DNA from: Candidatus Latescibacterota bacterium
GTDB taxonomy: Bacteria; Latescibacterota; UBA2968; UBA8231
DNA length: 64,000 bases
Reading direction: 5' to 3'
Assembly: GCA_965217585.1 (NCBI GenBank)
Contig: OZ244561.1
Span: 6,112,001 to 6,176,000, forward strand
The notes beneath the pieces are model-generated. The model was not told the origin of the DNA. It did no database searches and saw only the letters and a list, made by a program, of their open reading frames with translations. The position numbers and the translations under genes are program-made. Numbering within the stretch: position 1 is the stretch's first letter; the number at the start of each line of letters is the position of its first letter. This document shows, piece after piece, positions 8,119 through 17,318 of the stretch.

Positions 8119-9864
8119 ATGAGGAGGGATTGTTCAATCTCGCGGATTTACCGGCCCCTGCTGGTGCCGCTCTGGTTGGTGCTGGCGGCGGCAGCGCAGG
8201 CTGCAGATACCCAAGTGATTGGCGGCAGTGCAGGCGGGGAGAGCTGGGAGGAAAGTGCCGCGGCAGCGCCGATCATTGATTTTACCAGCCGTCCCGGATG
8301 GATCTTGCCCAGCTTTATCGATACTACTACCAACATCGCCTTGGGGACGTTAGCGCGCGGTGGCAGGGTGGTTTCGCCAAATGCCCAGGCCGTCTTGCGG
8401 GGCGACAAGGAGACGCTGGCAGCAAACCTGGAGAGCATGGTGGACGGAGATCATCAGACGGCTTTTGAGGTCAAGAACATAACTGCTTCGGGCATTCTCG
8501 TGATCTTCGATCTGGGAGCCCGATTCGGGGTGAATCGCATACGCTTTTTCCCGCGCACCTCTTTTCCGGATGATTTCATGAGGGGGTATGCGCTCTTCAT
8601 CAACGACGGTATTTTCGGCGCTGAAATCGTAGCCGAATCCATCGACGGGCTGCCGACCAAAAATCTCTTCGCCCAGATAGATCAGCAGACCGGCAATAGC
8701 CAGGATACTGTAAACGTGCAGTTTCCCCTGCGCTATGTGCGCTATCTCCTCTTGCAAGCCACGGACAGATCCAATTGGGAAATTGACGAGATTGAAGTCT
8801 TCGGGCAGGGTTTTGTCCCCGAGGCTGACTATTTGTCCCAGGTCTTCGATTTTAATCAACCCACGCTCTGGGGCCAACTGCACTGGGCCGCCGAGGCAGT
8901 GGGACATCCCGAAAAGTCCCGGTTTTTCATCCGCACCCGCAGCGGCAGCAGTCCGTCTCCCACAGAGGAGCCGGACGCCTGGAGCCCTTGGTCCGCTCCC
9001 TACCTTAGCGGAGATACTCCGATTCTTTCGCCGGCACCGCGGCAGTACTTCCAGTTTCGCATGGACTTTGAAAGCGACGGTCTGAGGGACGGCACCGCAG
9101 TGGATTCGCTGGCTTTTGAATTTTCCGATCCAGTAGCGGAGTCCATTGTCGGGGAAATATGGCCCCAGGATGTACCGGTTGGGGTGGATACGACCTTTAC
9201 TTATGCCGTCCAAGTGGTCGGCGGCCGAGGTTTCGACCACTTGGAGATCGATAGCTCTGTTCCGGTGCATACGGTTCGGTCGCTGCACCTCGACGACTTG
9301 GAGGTGGAGAATTTCGTCGCGGAGCCCCACGAGAGCGGCCTAGCTGTGACCTTTCCCCGCCAGAGCGGCAGCCACGATCTGCAGGTGGTTTTCGACGCCG
9401 CGATTTTGCGCTACGAGACGGTTTTCAGTGGGCGCCTGCGCGACAGCCAGGCGGACGGCTTGCCCCAGGAAATTGAAGAAGGAGATGCGGCGGGATCGCT
9501 GCTCGGCGACGATTTGAGCGTGCGGGTGCCGCTGGATCAGGACCCAGTCGTCCACCGGGTGACCGTGGCACCCAACCCTTTTACGCCGAATGGAGACGGG
9601 ATCAACGATCAGGCGATAATCAGCTACGATCTACTGCACTTGATAAACGACGTTCCGGTTTCTTTGCGGGTCTACGACCTAGCCGGAAAACAAGTGGCGG
9701 AATTGCCGGTGGAAAACAACCAGAGTGGGCGTCATCTGGTGCACTGGAACGGCCAGAATGACCAAGGTCGATATCTGCCGCCGGGCCTTTACATCTTGCA
9801 GGTGAAAGTGGCCACGGACAGCGGCACGGTGAGCCATAGCAGTCCTATCGCAGTCATCTATTAG
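8119..9864 (+). CDS. Secreted discoidin-like + WSxWS + FlgD-Ig C-terminal domain protein (family A, subtype alpha)
   Basis: Signal peptide; MVDGD..DLGARFGVNRIRFFPR; WSPWSAPY; PNPFTPNGDGIND...VYDLAGK...WNG...PGLYIL; ends AVIY. Confidence 0.75.
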   Translation: MRRDCSISRIYRPLLVPLWLVLAAAAQAADTQVIGGSAGGESWEESAAAAPIIDFTSRPGWILPSFIDTTTNIALGTLARGGRVVSPNAQAVLRGDKETLAANLESMVDGDHQTAFEVKNITASGILVIFDLGARFGVNRIRFFPRTSFPDDFMRGYALFINDGIFGAEIVAESIDGLPTKNLFAQIDQQTGNSQDTVNVQFPLRYVRYLLLQATDRSNWEIDEIEVFGQGFVPEADYLSQVFDFNQPTLWGQLHWAAEAVGHPEKSRFFIRTRSGSSPSPTEEPDAWSPWSAPYLSGDTPILSPAPRQYFQFRMDFESDGLRDGTAVDSLAFEFSDPVAESIVGEIWPQDVPVGVDTTFTYAVQVVGGRGFDHLEIDSSVPVHTVRSLHLDDLEVENFVAEPHESGLAVTFPRQSGSHDLQVVFDAAILRYETVFSGRLRDSQADGLPQEIEEGDAAGSLLGDDLSVRVPLDQDPVVHRVTVAPNPFTPNGDGINDQAIISYDLLHLINDVPVSLRVYDLAGKQVAELPVENNQSGRHLVHWNGQNDQGRYLPPGLYILQVKVATDSGTVSHSSPIAVIY

Positions 9865-9882
9865 TATCAATAGGGGGGCCAT

Positions 9883-12609
9883 ATGACCAGATGGAGTGCG
9901 CGTGCGGGCCGACAGCTTTTCCTCACAACTGCGGGTATCGCACTACTGTTGAGTATTGCAGCAGTACCCGACGGAGCCGTAGCCCAAGGACTCGATTATG
10001 GCCACAGATTGGGCCTGCAGCGCGGCGGCGAGGTCTCGTACGAACCAGTGGGTTCGGGCGTGCTCTTTGACGCCTTGGACCCAGCCGTGCGGCGCTGGTA
10101 CGTGCCGCAGGAACTCTTCCTGCTCTATCGCTGGAAACAATGGGAGTACACCAATTATGCCCGGGACCACTACCAGCGTTATTTGAATCCCGATATAGAG
10201 GGGGATTATTTCTACGACCTGTATGGGTCTTTCATCACCAAAGGATGGCTCATCTACGATTGGCGCCAGCAGCAGCCGCAGCAGTTCGGCAGCGCCATTT
10301 TCAAAGATCCGCGGTTTGGATCGTGGTTCAACCGGCTGGTCATCTCCTCGGACCGCAGCGGCCAGTACCACATGGCCCTGACCATTGGCGAACAGATCCG
10401 CACCACGCTGACGCCCATGACTTTTTCCAAGCCGGCTTTCGACGGGGTGCAGATGGATCTCCAGTCCGACAAGTACGCGGCTACGATATTGATGTCGCGC
10501 ATCAGCTCGCCGGGCAGAGCGGGCACCATAACAGTGGAAGCGACCAATAGCACCAACCTCTTCGGCTTTAGGGGAACGACTCAGATCGGCGATTTTGTCA
10601 ACGTGGGTGCCACGTATGTCAACGCCCATCATTCCCAGACCCTGATAGAGAGCCTCGAAGGCGACCCCATAAGCGGATCCCTGACCGTGGGACAGAACCT
10701 CGAACCCATCAGCCAGCTCTTCGTCCGTCTGAGCGATGATTCACCCACGGATCGCGAAGGTGGAGCCGCGCTGTTTTCCCACGATATCATCATCGAGGCC
10801 GAGACCGAGGTTGTGGTTGTAACAGATGACGGCGAAGAGAAGATCGAAATTCGCAAAGAGACGGTGCGCGGCAGCGAGATCGGCTTCAGCGCCCTCATCA
10901 ACGGGGGGTTTCGCCGGCGGGGTTTTCTCGCCGCCGACGGCAGCGAGCAGATCGTGCTGACCTATGATTTCACCAGCGAGAACCGCTCGTACAACGGCCC
11001 GGATCTCTCCACCATCCGCAAGGTCACCATCGAATTGGCCGTAGCCAACGACTACCGCATTGAGATGGGGTCGGATCGCCAGACCAATCTGCCCGAGCGC
11101 CAGCCGGTCTTCCTGACTCAGGCGCGGGCTGCGGGCAATGTAAAAGACGGCTCCAATCTGAGATTGGTGCGCTTTGATTACGGTTTGCCCACGGGCAACG
11201 ATATCTTCGGCGGCACCATCGAAGTAAACGATCTGCTGGGCTTTGATCTCTACGCCGAGTTCGATCGCAGCCGGCGCTTCCGCAGATACCCCAATCGCAA
11301 ATTCACCGAACATCTCATGGACTCCGACGAGGCTAGTGCTTGGATGATCAATCTGTCGAGGCGGGGCTATGCCTTCTTCCTTTTTGGTGAAGTCTACAGC
11401 ATGGATTACGACTACGGCACTACCGGCTTGCTCACGGAAGCGAACGGGGACATTGACTACACCAACGAACGCCGGTTTTTCTACGAATTCGTCGAGGACA
11501 ACGACGATCAGGATCGCACTCCCGATTGGCAGCGCGTCAACCAAAGAGGGCCGGACCGGGAAATTTTTCCAGGCTGGGACGAGAACAACGATTTCATCTC
11601 CGATTTTAACCAGAACGACACCGACTTCCGGCCGAATTACATTCCCGATTACGAAGAACCTTTCTTGCGCTACAGCGTCGATCGCCCCGAGTTCCTCTTC
11701 GGAGTGGACATGAACAACAATTTCTGGATCGATCGCTTTGAAAACGACGAAGAGCCCGATTTCCCCTACGACCGCGACCGCCGCGGAGGCAATATCTATG
11801 CAGGTGCTCACATCGTGCCTGGGATGCGGGTGACGGTTGGTCTCAAGCAGGAGCGCACGCTGGCCCGCGACCGGGATGAAAACAGCAGCTACGGGATGTT
11901 CACTTGGGATCGGGATATAGCCGGGTTGGGCCGGCTGCGGGTCTTCGACATGGTCAAGCTGGTCGAGGACACTATCCCGGACGATATCGTCCAATGGGTG
12001 CAGCCGGCGGGTACCGAGGCGAATCTGCAGCGGGTTCCAGACCTGTTGGCCGCTCCCAATACGTGGATAAATTCCGCCTATATCGGGTTTGACTACACCG
12101 GGAGTGCCAAGCTGAAACTGGTCAACAAAGTGAAGTACGATGTCTGGCATCAGCGGGAGGAGCAGGCGGACTTCCGCGACAAGTACCAGTTTTTCGGCCT
12201 CATTAACAAGGCTGAGTACCGGCAACAGTGGGGACGCTTTCGGCTCTTTCCCAAGATCAAAAATGAACTGCGTTTCGAAGCGCCCTTGCTGAGCAACGAG
12301 CCGGTGCGAAAAGAGGACACCCTAATCCTGTTCCTCATTGGCCAGACTCCTATACTGACCGGCTCGGAAGTACAGGTGGGCGTCGAGTACACCCTATTCA
12401 ACCAATTCGAAGAAGACGCGAAAGCCCTAGGTCTACAGGAAGATTTTCAGGAGTTGGTGCTGGCGGTCCAATACTCCAATACAGGCGCTTATTTAGGATA
12501 CGCTTTGACCACCCAGTTGGGTGTGAGAATCCGCCGCATAGACGAAAAGGGACAAAATCCCTCTACGGGCATATCGCAGTTCATTACGGTAATCGCGGGA
12601 CTCGATTAA
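9883..12609 (+). CDS. Large secreted/outer-membrane protein of unknown function with Asp/Asn-rich putative Ca-binding block (family B, copy 1)
   Basis: Signal peptide; YxPQEL..Y.WK.WEYTNYAR; TTLTPMTFSKP.F.G.Q.D; DNDDQDR.PDW, FPGWDENNDFISDFNQND; amphipathic beta-strand-like C-terminal region. Confidence 0.65.
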   Translation: MTRWSARAGRQLFLTTAGIALLLSIAAVPDGAVAQGLDYGHRLGLQRGGEVSYEPVGSGVLFDALDPAVRRWYVPQELFLLYRWKQWEYTNYARDHYQRYLNPDIEGDYFYDLYGSFITKGWLIYDWRQQQPQQFGSAIFKDPRFGSWFNRLVISSDRSGQYHMALTIGEQIRTTLTPMTFSKPAFDGVQMDLQSDKYAATILMSRISSPGRAGTITVEATNSTNLFGFRGTTQIGDFVNVGATYVNAHHSQTLIESLEGDPISGSLTVGQNLEPISQLFVRLSDDSPTDREGGAALFSHDIIIEAETEVVVVTDDGEEKIEIRKETVRGSEIGFSALINGGFRRRGFLAADGSEQIVLTYDFTSENRSYNGPDLSTIRKVTIELAVANDYRIEMGSDRQTNLPERQPVFLTQARAAGNVKDGSNLRLVRFDYGLPTGNDIFGGTIEVNDLLGFDLYAEFDRSRRFRRYPNRKFTEHLMDSDEASAWMINLSRRGYAFFLFGEVYSMDYDYGTTGLLTEANGDIDYTNERRFFYEFVEDNDDQDRTPDWQRVNQRGPDREIFPGWDENNDFISDFNQNDTDFRPNYIPDYEEPFLRYSVDRPEFLFGVDMNNNFWIDRFENDEEPDFPYDRDRRGGNIYAGAHIVPGMRVTVGLKQERTLARDRDENSSYGMFTWDRDIAGLGRLRVFDMVKLVEDTIPDDIVQWVQPAGTEANLQRVPDLLAAPNTWINSAYIGFDYTGSAKLKLVNKVKYDVWHQREEQADFRDKYQFFGLINKAEYRQQWGRFRLFPKIKNELRFEAPLLSNEPVRKEDTLILFLIGQTPILTGSEVQVGVEYTLFNQFEEDAKALGLQEDFQELVLAVQYSNTGAYLGYALTTQLGVRIRRIDEKGQNPSTGISQFITVIAGLD

Positions 12610-12658
12610 CGCGCACCAGTGCGCGGCCCTCGAACGGGGTAAACCTGGAGGTAGCGGC

Positions 12659-14569
12659 ATGAAAAGAACGATGCCGATTTCGCTGCTTGTAGCCGCTTTG
12701 GCCTTGGCCATGCTGTCGGGGCAATCCAGTGCCTTGGAGATTTTCCGCATTGGTGGCGAAAATTTCCCGCCGCCAGAGGCGTCGGATCCAGCGGTCACTT
12801 TTACCTCAGTGCCGTGGAGTGATTTTCTGGAAAAGGATGGTTTTGACGACGAGGCGTTTGCCGAGGACATCCTGCGGCCCCTCTTCCTGACTCCAGAGGA
12901 CAATATCGCCCTGACCAGTCTGAGTCGCGGTGGCGGGCCTTTGTCGCGCGGCTGCGGGGGGTACCAGTTTCTCCTCGACGGTTGCAATGCTACGCGGATG
13001 GTCGATGGGGATCTTAGTACCTTTTACCTAAAGCAGCCCTACGGCTATGTATTTCAGTCCGGGGACCGCTCGAGTTGGCTCATCTTCGATTTGGGGGGGG
13101 CCTTCTCCGTAAACCGGGTTCGGCTCATCAGTACGCCGGGCACCTCCCTTTATCCAGACAAGCTCCTAGTCACTACTAGCACGATTCCCCAGATTGTAGA
13201 GCGGGGCTCATACGGCGGCGTGGATCCCGGCAGGTCGGTTTTTTCCATAGTAGAAAATACCCAGGATAGCATAGAGGCCGTCTTTCCCACTATGCGGGCC
13301 ACGGAGGTGGGCCTGCTGATCACAGTGACGACCAGCAGAAACATGGAAATATCCGAGGTGGAGATATACGGAGAGGGCTTTGTCAACAGGGCCTCCTACG
13401 TCAGCAAGCTTTTCGACTTAGAGGAACCGGCCATTTTGGGCGAGATGCGCTGGCAGGGCCGGAAAGACCCGCAGGTCCGAATCGACATCCATTCGCGTTC
13501 CGGCAAGACTTTGGACCCCAATATGTACTGGCGCAACACCGGACGGGGGGACGAGCTTTCCCGCTTTGACGAGAATGGGAAGCTGCTGGATGCAAAGGGC
13601 TATGCCGGCTTGAAAACCGGCGAAGCTGCGGAAATTACCTACGATATCGAGAACTGGAGCTTCTGGTCGCCCCCCTATGAGTTCGCCGACAGCCTCGGCA
13701 CTTCCGTGATCTCCCCAAGCCCCAATAACGTCTTCCAATTCCGCGTCGATTTCCAGCCCGATGCCTTGCAGGGCGGGGAGGTAGATTTCGTCGAGTTTTC
13801 GGTCACCAAGCCTCCTTTGGCCCAAAATGTAGTGGGAGAAGTTTACCCTCCCGAAGTGCCTTTGGGAGAGGTCTCGCAATTCACGTACACGATCTCTCCC
13901 ACCATGACGCCGGACCACTCTGGTTTCGACCAGATCGAAATAGCGACCCCCTTTGGCTTTGCCGGTGTCGATTCGGTGCGGGCCACTGGTCTAGTCGATT
14001 GGTCTGTCCAGGTCGAAAGCCCGGATTCGACCCTCTTCTCCGTGAAACTTTCACCGCGTCGGGAAGTGGGCGATCTGGGCGGGCCGATCGAGGTGTACTT
14101 TCGCGCACCAGTGTTGCGCTACGGCACTCCATTCGACGGCTGGGTCCGGGATTCCGACCGTCCCTTGGAATTGGCGCAGCGGATCAACCCGGGCAATGCC
14201 GCGCCCGAATTAATAAGCGAAACCCTCTCGGTGCGCACTTCGCTGAGCGCGCGTCTGCTGGCGGACCTACTGGTCGAGCCTAGGGTTTTCAGCCCCAATG
14301 GGGATGGAGTGAACGATATCTCCAGATTCTCTTTGAATCTGCTACAGGTGACGGAAAATGTACCCTTGAGACTGGAAATTTTCGACCTGTCCGGTCGGCT
14401 GTTGAGCCAGCAAGAAGGGTTGCACGAGAGCGGCCGATTCAGCTTTTCGTGGAACGGTAGAGACGATCAGCAAGAACTAGTAGCGCCCGGCCTCTATATG
14501 TACCGCATCGTCGTGGAGGCCAAAAACGGGGACGATCAGCAAACAGGCACCATTGCAGTGGTTTACTAG
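12659..14569 (+). CDS. Family A secreted FlgD-Ig protein, subtype beta
   Basis: Signal peptide; mature start LEIFRIGGE..PPPE; WSFWSPPY; FSPNGDGVND; ends AVVY. Confidence 0.75.
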   Translation: MKRTMPISLLVAALALAMLSGQSSALEIFRIGGENFPPPEASDPAVTFTSVPWSDFLEKDGFDDEAFAEDILRPLFLTPEDNIALTSLSRGGGPLSRGCGGYQFLLDGCNATRMVDGDLSTFYLKQPYGYVFQSGDRSSWLIFDLGGAFSVNRVRLISTPGTSLYPDKLLVTTSTIPQIVERGSYGGVDPGRSVFSIVENTQDSIEAVFPTMRATEVGLLITVTTSRNMEISEVEIYGEGFVNRASYVSKLFDLEEPAILGEMRWQGRKDPQVRIDIHSRSGKTLDPNMYWRNTGRGDELSRFDENGKLLDAKGYAGLKTGEAAEITYDIENWSFWSPPYEFADSLGTSVISPSPNNVFQFRVDFQPDALQGGEVDFVEFSVTKPPLAQNVVGEVYPPEVPLGEVSQFTYTISPTMTPDHSGFDQIEIATPFGFAGVDSVRATGLVDWSVQVESPDSTLFSVKLSPRREVGDLGGPIEVYFRAPVLRYGTPFDGWVRDSDRPLELAQRINPGNAAPELISETLSVRTSLSARLLADLLVEPRVFSPNGDGVNDISRFSLNLLQVTENVPLRLEIFDLSGRLLSQQEGLHESGRFSFSWNGRDDQQELVAPGLYMYRIVVEAKNGDDQQTGTIAVVY

Positions 14570-14593
14570 ATCGAAAGGGGTAGAGCATATTTT

Positions 14594-17146
14594 ATGAACA
14601 GAATGCAAGTCGTCCTCTATACCCTATTGCTCTCCGTCACGGCCTGGGCCCAGGGCTATCGCCTCGAGCCAAATCAGTTGATCGTTAGTGAGAGCGACTG
14701 GCCGGAGTGGAATTTCCCCAAGGGCAGTGTGGATTTTGGTGACGAAGGGGCCCGGCCCCATTTTGTGCGGCGGCAGATCAATGCCTCACTGAACGCGGGT
14801 GCCTTCAGTCGCGAGGACGTGCCCGGGGGCATCCGACGGGCCGGGACCAACTTGGCGGGGGCCGCCCAGCTCATGGACGGTCAGGTGGAGACCTACTGGG
14901 AGCCGGATCTGGATGCGCCGCTGCGCGACTGGTGGGTCGAGGTGGATCTGGGTCGGGTGGTGTGGGCGGAGAAAGTGGTGGTGAAATTTGTTGCCGCAGG
15001 GTTGGGGGATCCGTTTTTGCAGTTCAAGGTGCTCACCTCCAATGGGGATGAGGCCTTCCAGGGTAGTGCAAGCTTGGACTATCGGGTGGCCGGTCGCAGC
15101 GAGGGGTTGAACAAGACGCAGCGGGTTTTCGAGTATGCTCTGCGTCCTGCCGAGTCGGCGGATCCGGATTTGAGTGGAGATCTGATCCAGTATGTGCAGA
15201 TTGTGGCCACGGCTAGCGATGGCCGTCGTGGGGCGGAGGTGAGTGCGTCTGGTTGGTCGGGCTTGGCGGCGGAGGATCGGGGGGATGTGCTTTATTTTCG
15301 TCGGGAGTCGACGGGAGTGGAGCGGGAGGTATCTCAGGCGGAGTACGAGACCATAAGCGATGCCCAGTTGCAGGGTCCGATCCGCTATTATCGGTCGGAG
15401 CGTCCTCGGTTGGCCGAAGTGGAAGTGTGGACGGTGGGGGAGAATATTGGTTTGGGCTGGAAGGAGCGCGGGGGGTCGATCCAGGCCTTTGGGGGCGTGG
15501 GCGGACAATCCAATATAGTCGACGGCGATTACACCACCGCCTGGAACGCAGAAGTATCGTTTTCCGGAGCTGCCGGAGCGCAAATCAAGAACCGGGACCG
15601 AAACCTACTGTTCGACCTAGGCACTTGGTACTGGGTCGACCGCACCTTTATTGTCTACGGCAATTCCATCTTTCCCAATTATATACTCAGTCTTTCGGAT
15701 GGCAGTCTGGCACCCGATGGCAGCCGGGTCTTTACCTCCGTGGTTGCGCGCGGCAGAGACGATGTCACGCTTGGCAGCGAGGCCCAAGCGCCCGCAGGGT
15801 CGCTGCCGACAGACACGGCTATGCAGGCCAATTCCTTTCCTCCCATAAAGGGGCGCTATTTCAAGTTCGACTATCGCCTGATCAACGTCGGGCGGGTAGC
15901 GTGGGGAGCCGATATAAGGCAACTGCTGCTCTACGGCTTTGGTTTTCTTCCTCAGGTCACCCTGCACACGCCGGCGATCGAGTTGGGAGACACCCCCCGC
16001 ATCCTTTCCACTATCTCCTGGGAGGCCCAAACGCCGCCCGGCACCCAGCTACAGATCCGCACCCGAACCGGAAACCGACTCACCGTGGACAAGCATTTCT
16101 ACGACAAACAGGGCGTTGAAGTGGACGAGGCGGCCTATCGCAAGATGCTGTCCTTCCTGCGCGGGGATTCGACGGTCGCCTTTGTGCCCGACGAGGCGGA
16201 CTGGAGCCAGTGGAGCCAATTTTACGAGCAACCCGGAGCGGCCATCACCTCGCCTAGTCCGCGGCGCTATATAATGATTGAGGCCGGTCTGCTCTCGGAC
16301 GACCCCCACCAATCCGCGGTGTTGCACAACCTGAATATTGGTCTGAAAGATCCATTGGCCCACCAAATTCTGGGTGAAGTAACGCCCCGCAGAGCCCAAC
16401 AGAGCGGTCAACCCGAGGAGTTCACTCTGTTCCTGACGATCCCGCCCAACGAGGAGGGCCCGTCGGGTTTGGGGTTCGATCAGGTGCTCGTTGAAGTGCC
16501 CCCGAGCGCCGAAGTGGAGTTGGTGGATGTGCGGGTGGGCTTGGCCGACGATCTGGCGGCGGGGGGCGGTCAGGTGTATCGGGCGGACGAGTTGGAGGTA
16601 AAGGCCGGGTCTGATTCGTTGTGGGTGCGCCTGCCCGGGGTGGTGCAGTCGGCCGAGTCTCAGGTGATGCTGCGATTTTCGAGTGTGTTTTATCTGGCGA
16701 GCAATGCGTTTCTGGTCTCGGTGGGTCTGGGGGAGGCGGCGGCTGTGGTGTGGCAGCGGGTGGACGCGACGGCTTCGGGGGAGGGGCTGACGGTGCTGAC
16801 GCCGGTGGTGGGTGGACTGTTAGGTGCCCTGGAGGTTACGGGAAATCCCTTCACGCCGAACGGCGATGGCATCAACGATGCGGTGAAATTCATCTTTCCC
16901 ATATTTAAGATGCCAGGGCAGACCTCGCTGGTATTGGCGGTCTACGGTCTCGATGGGGCGCTAGTACATCGTTCGGCGCAGTCCGTAGCGCACGCCGCCG
17001 GTGTTCAGGAGGTGAGTTGGGACGGCCGGGACCGGGATGGGGTGCTATTGCCGCCTGGCTTGTATATCTGCCGGGTGGGTCCAGAGGTGGACGCAGAGGG
17101 TATCGGCGAATTCACGGTGGCCGCGGTCGTGGCCAGTGTGTACTGA
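14594..17146 (+). CDS. Family A secreted FlgD-Ig protein, subtype gamma (two discoidin-like domains); near-duplicate of 41268-43835
   Basis: Signal peptide; QGYRLEPNQL; LMDG..WWVEVDLG and IVDGD..FDLG domains; WSQWSQFY; NPFTPNGDGIND; ends ASVY. Confidence 0.78.
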   Translation: MNRMQVVLYTLLLSVTAWAQGYRLEPNQLIVSESDWPEWNFPKGSVDFGDEGARPHFVRRQINASLNAGAFSREDVPGGIRRAGTNLAGAAQLMDGQVETYWEPDLDAPLRDWWVEVDLGRVVWAEKVVVKFVAAGLGDPFLQFKVLTSNGDEAFQGSASLDYRVAGRSEGLNKTQRVFEYALRPAESADPDLSGDLIQYVQIVATASDGRRGAEVSASGWSGLAAEDRGDVLYFRRESTGVEREVSQAEYETISDAQLQGPIRYYRSERPRLAEVEVWTVGENIGLGWKERGGSIQAFGGVGGQSNIVDGDYTTAWNAEVSFSGAAGAQIKNRDRNLLFDLGTWYWVDRTFIVYGNSIFPNYILSLSDGSLAPDGSRVFTSVVARGRDDVTLGSEAQAPAGSLPTDTAMQANSFPPIKGRYFKFDYRLINVGRVAWGADIRQLLLYGFGFLPQVTLHTPAIELGDTPRILSTISWEAQTPPGTQLQIRTRTGNRLTVDKHFYDKQGVEVDEAAYRKMLSFLRGDSTVAFVPDEADWSQWSQFYEQPGAAITSPSPRRYIMIEAGLLSDDPHQSAVLHNLNIGLKDPLAHQILGEVTPRRAQQSGQPEEFTLFLTIPPNEEGPSGLGFDQVLVEVPPSAEVELVDVRVGLADDLAAGGGQVYRADELEVKAGSDSLWVRLPGVVQSAESQVMLRFSSVFYLASNAFLVSVGLGEAAAVVWQRVDATASGEGLTVLTPVVGGLLGALEVTGNPFTPNGDGINDAVKFIFPIFKMPGQTSLVLAVYGLDGALVHRSAQSVAHAAGVQEVSWDGRDRDGVLLPPGLYICRVGPEVDAEGIGEFTVAAVVASVY

Positions 17147-17318
17147 GAGTATAGACGCAAATTCCTCCCGACGTTGCCGCAGCGCAGGCCGTCAATCCCG
17201 CAGGGGCTGGCGGCCTGTCGCACATTGTCCCTCTGATCCCATTCCACCATCGTCTTTCCAACCGCAGGGAAAGTACTAGCCGGTCCCTATAGCTGCTTGG
17301 GACAGGGGGCGAATACGG

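Noticed and set aside
8978-9003. WSxWS motif as evidence of a eukaryotic cytokine-receptor homologue
   Set aside because: WSxWS is a common structural motif of bacterial FN3-like beta-sandwiches; no other receptor features are present
8119-9864. Family A as flagellar hook-capping protein FlgD
   Set aside because: Only the Ig-like C-terminal domain resembles FlgD; the proteins have Sec signal peptides and no flagellar genes are nearby
9883-12609. Family B as TonB-dependent receptor (SusC-like)
   Set aside because: No TonB box, plug motif or C-terminal aromatic beta-signal recognisable; no SusD-like partner
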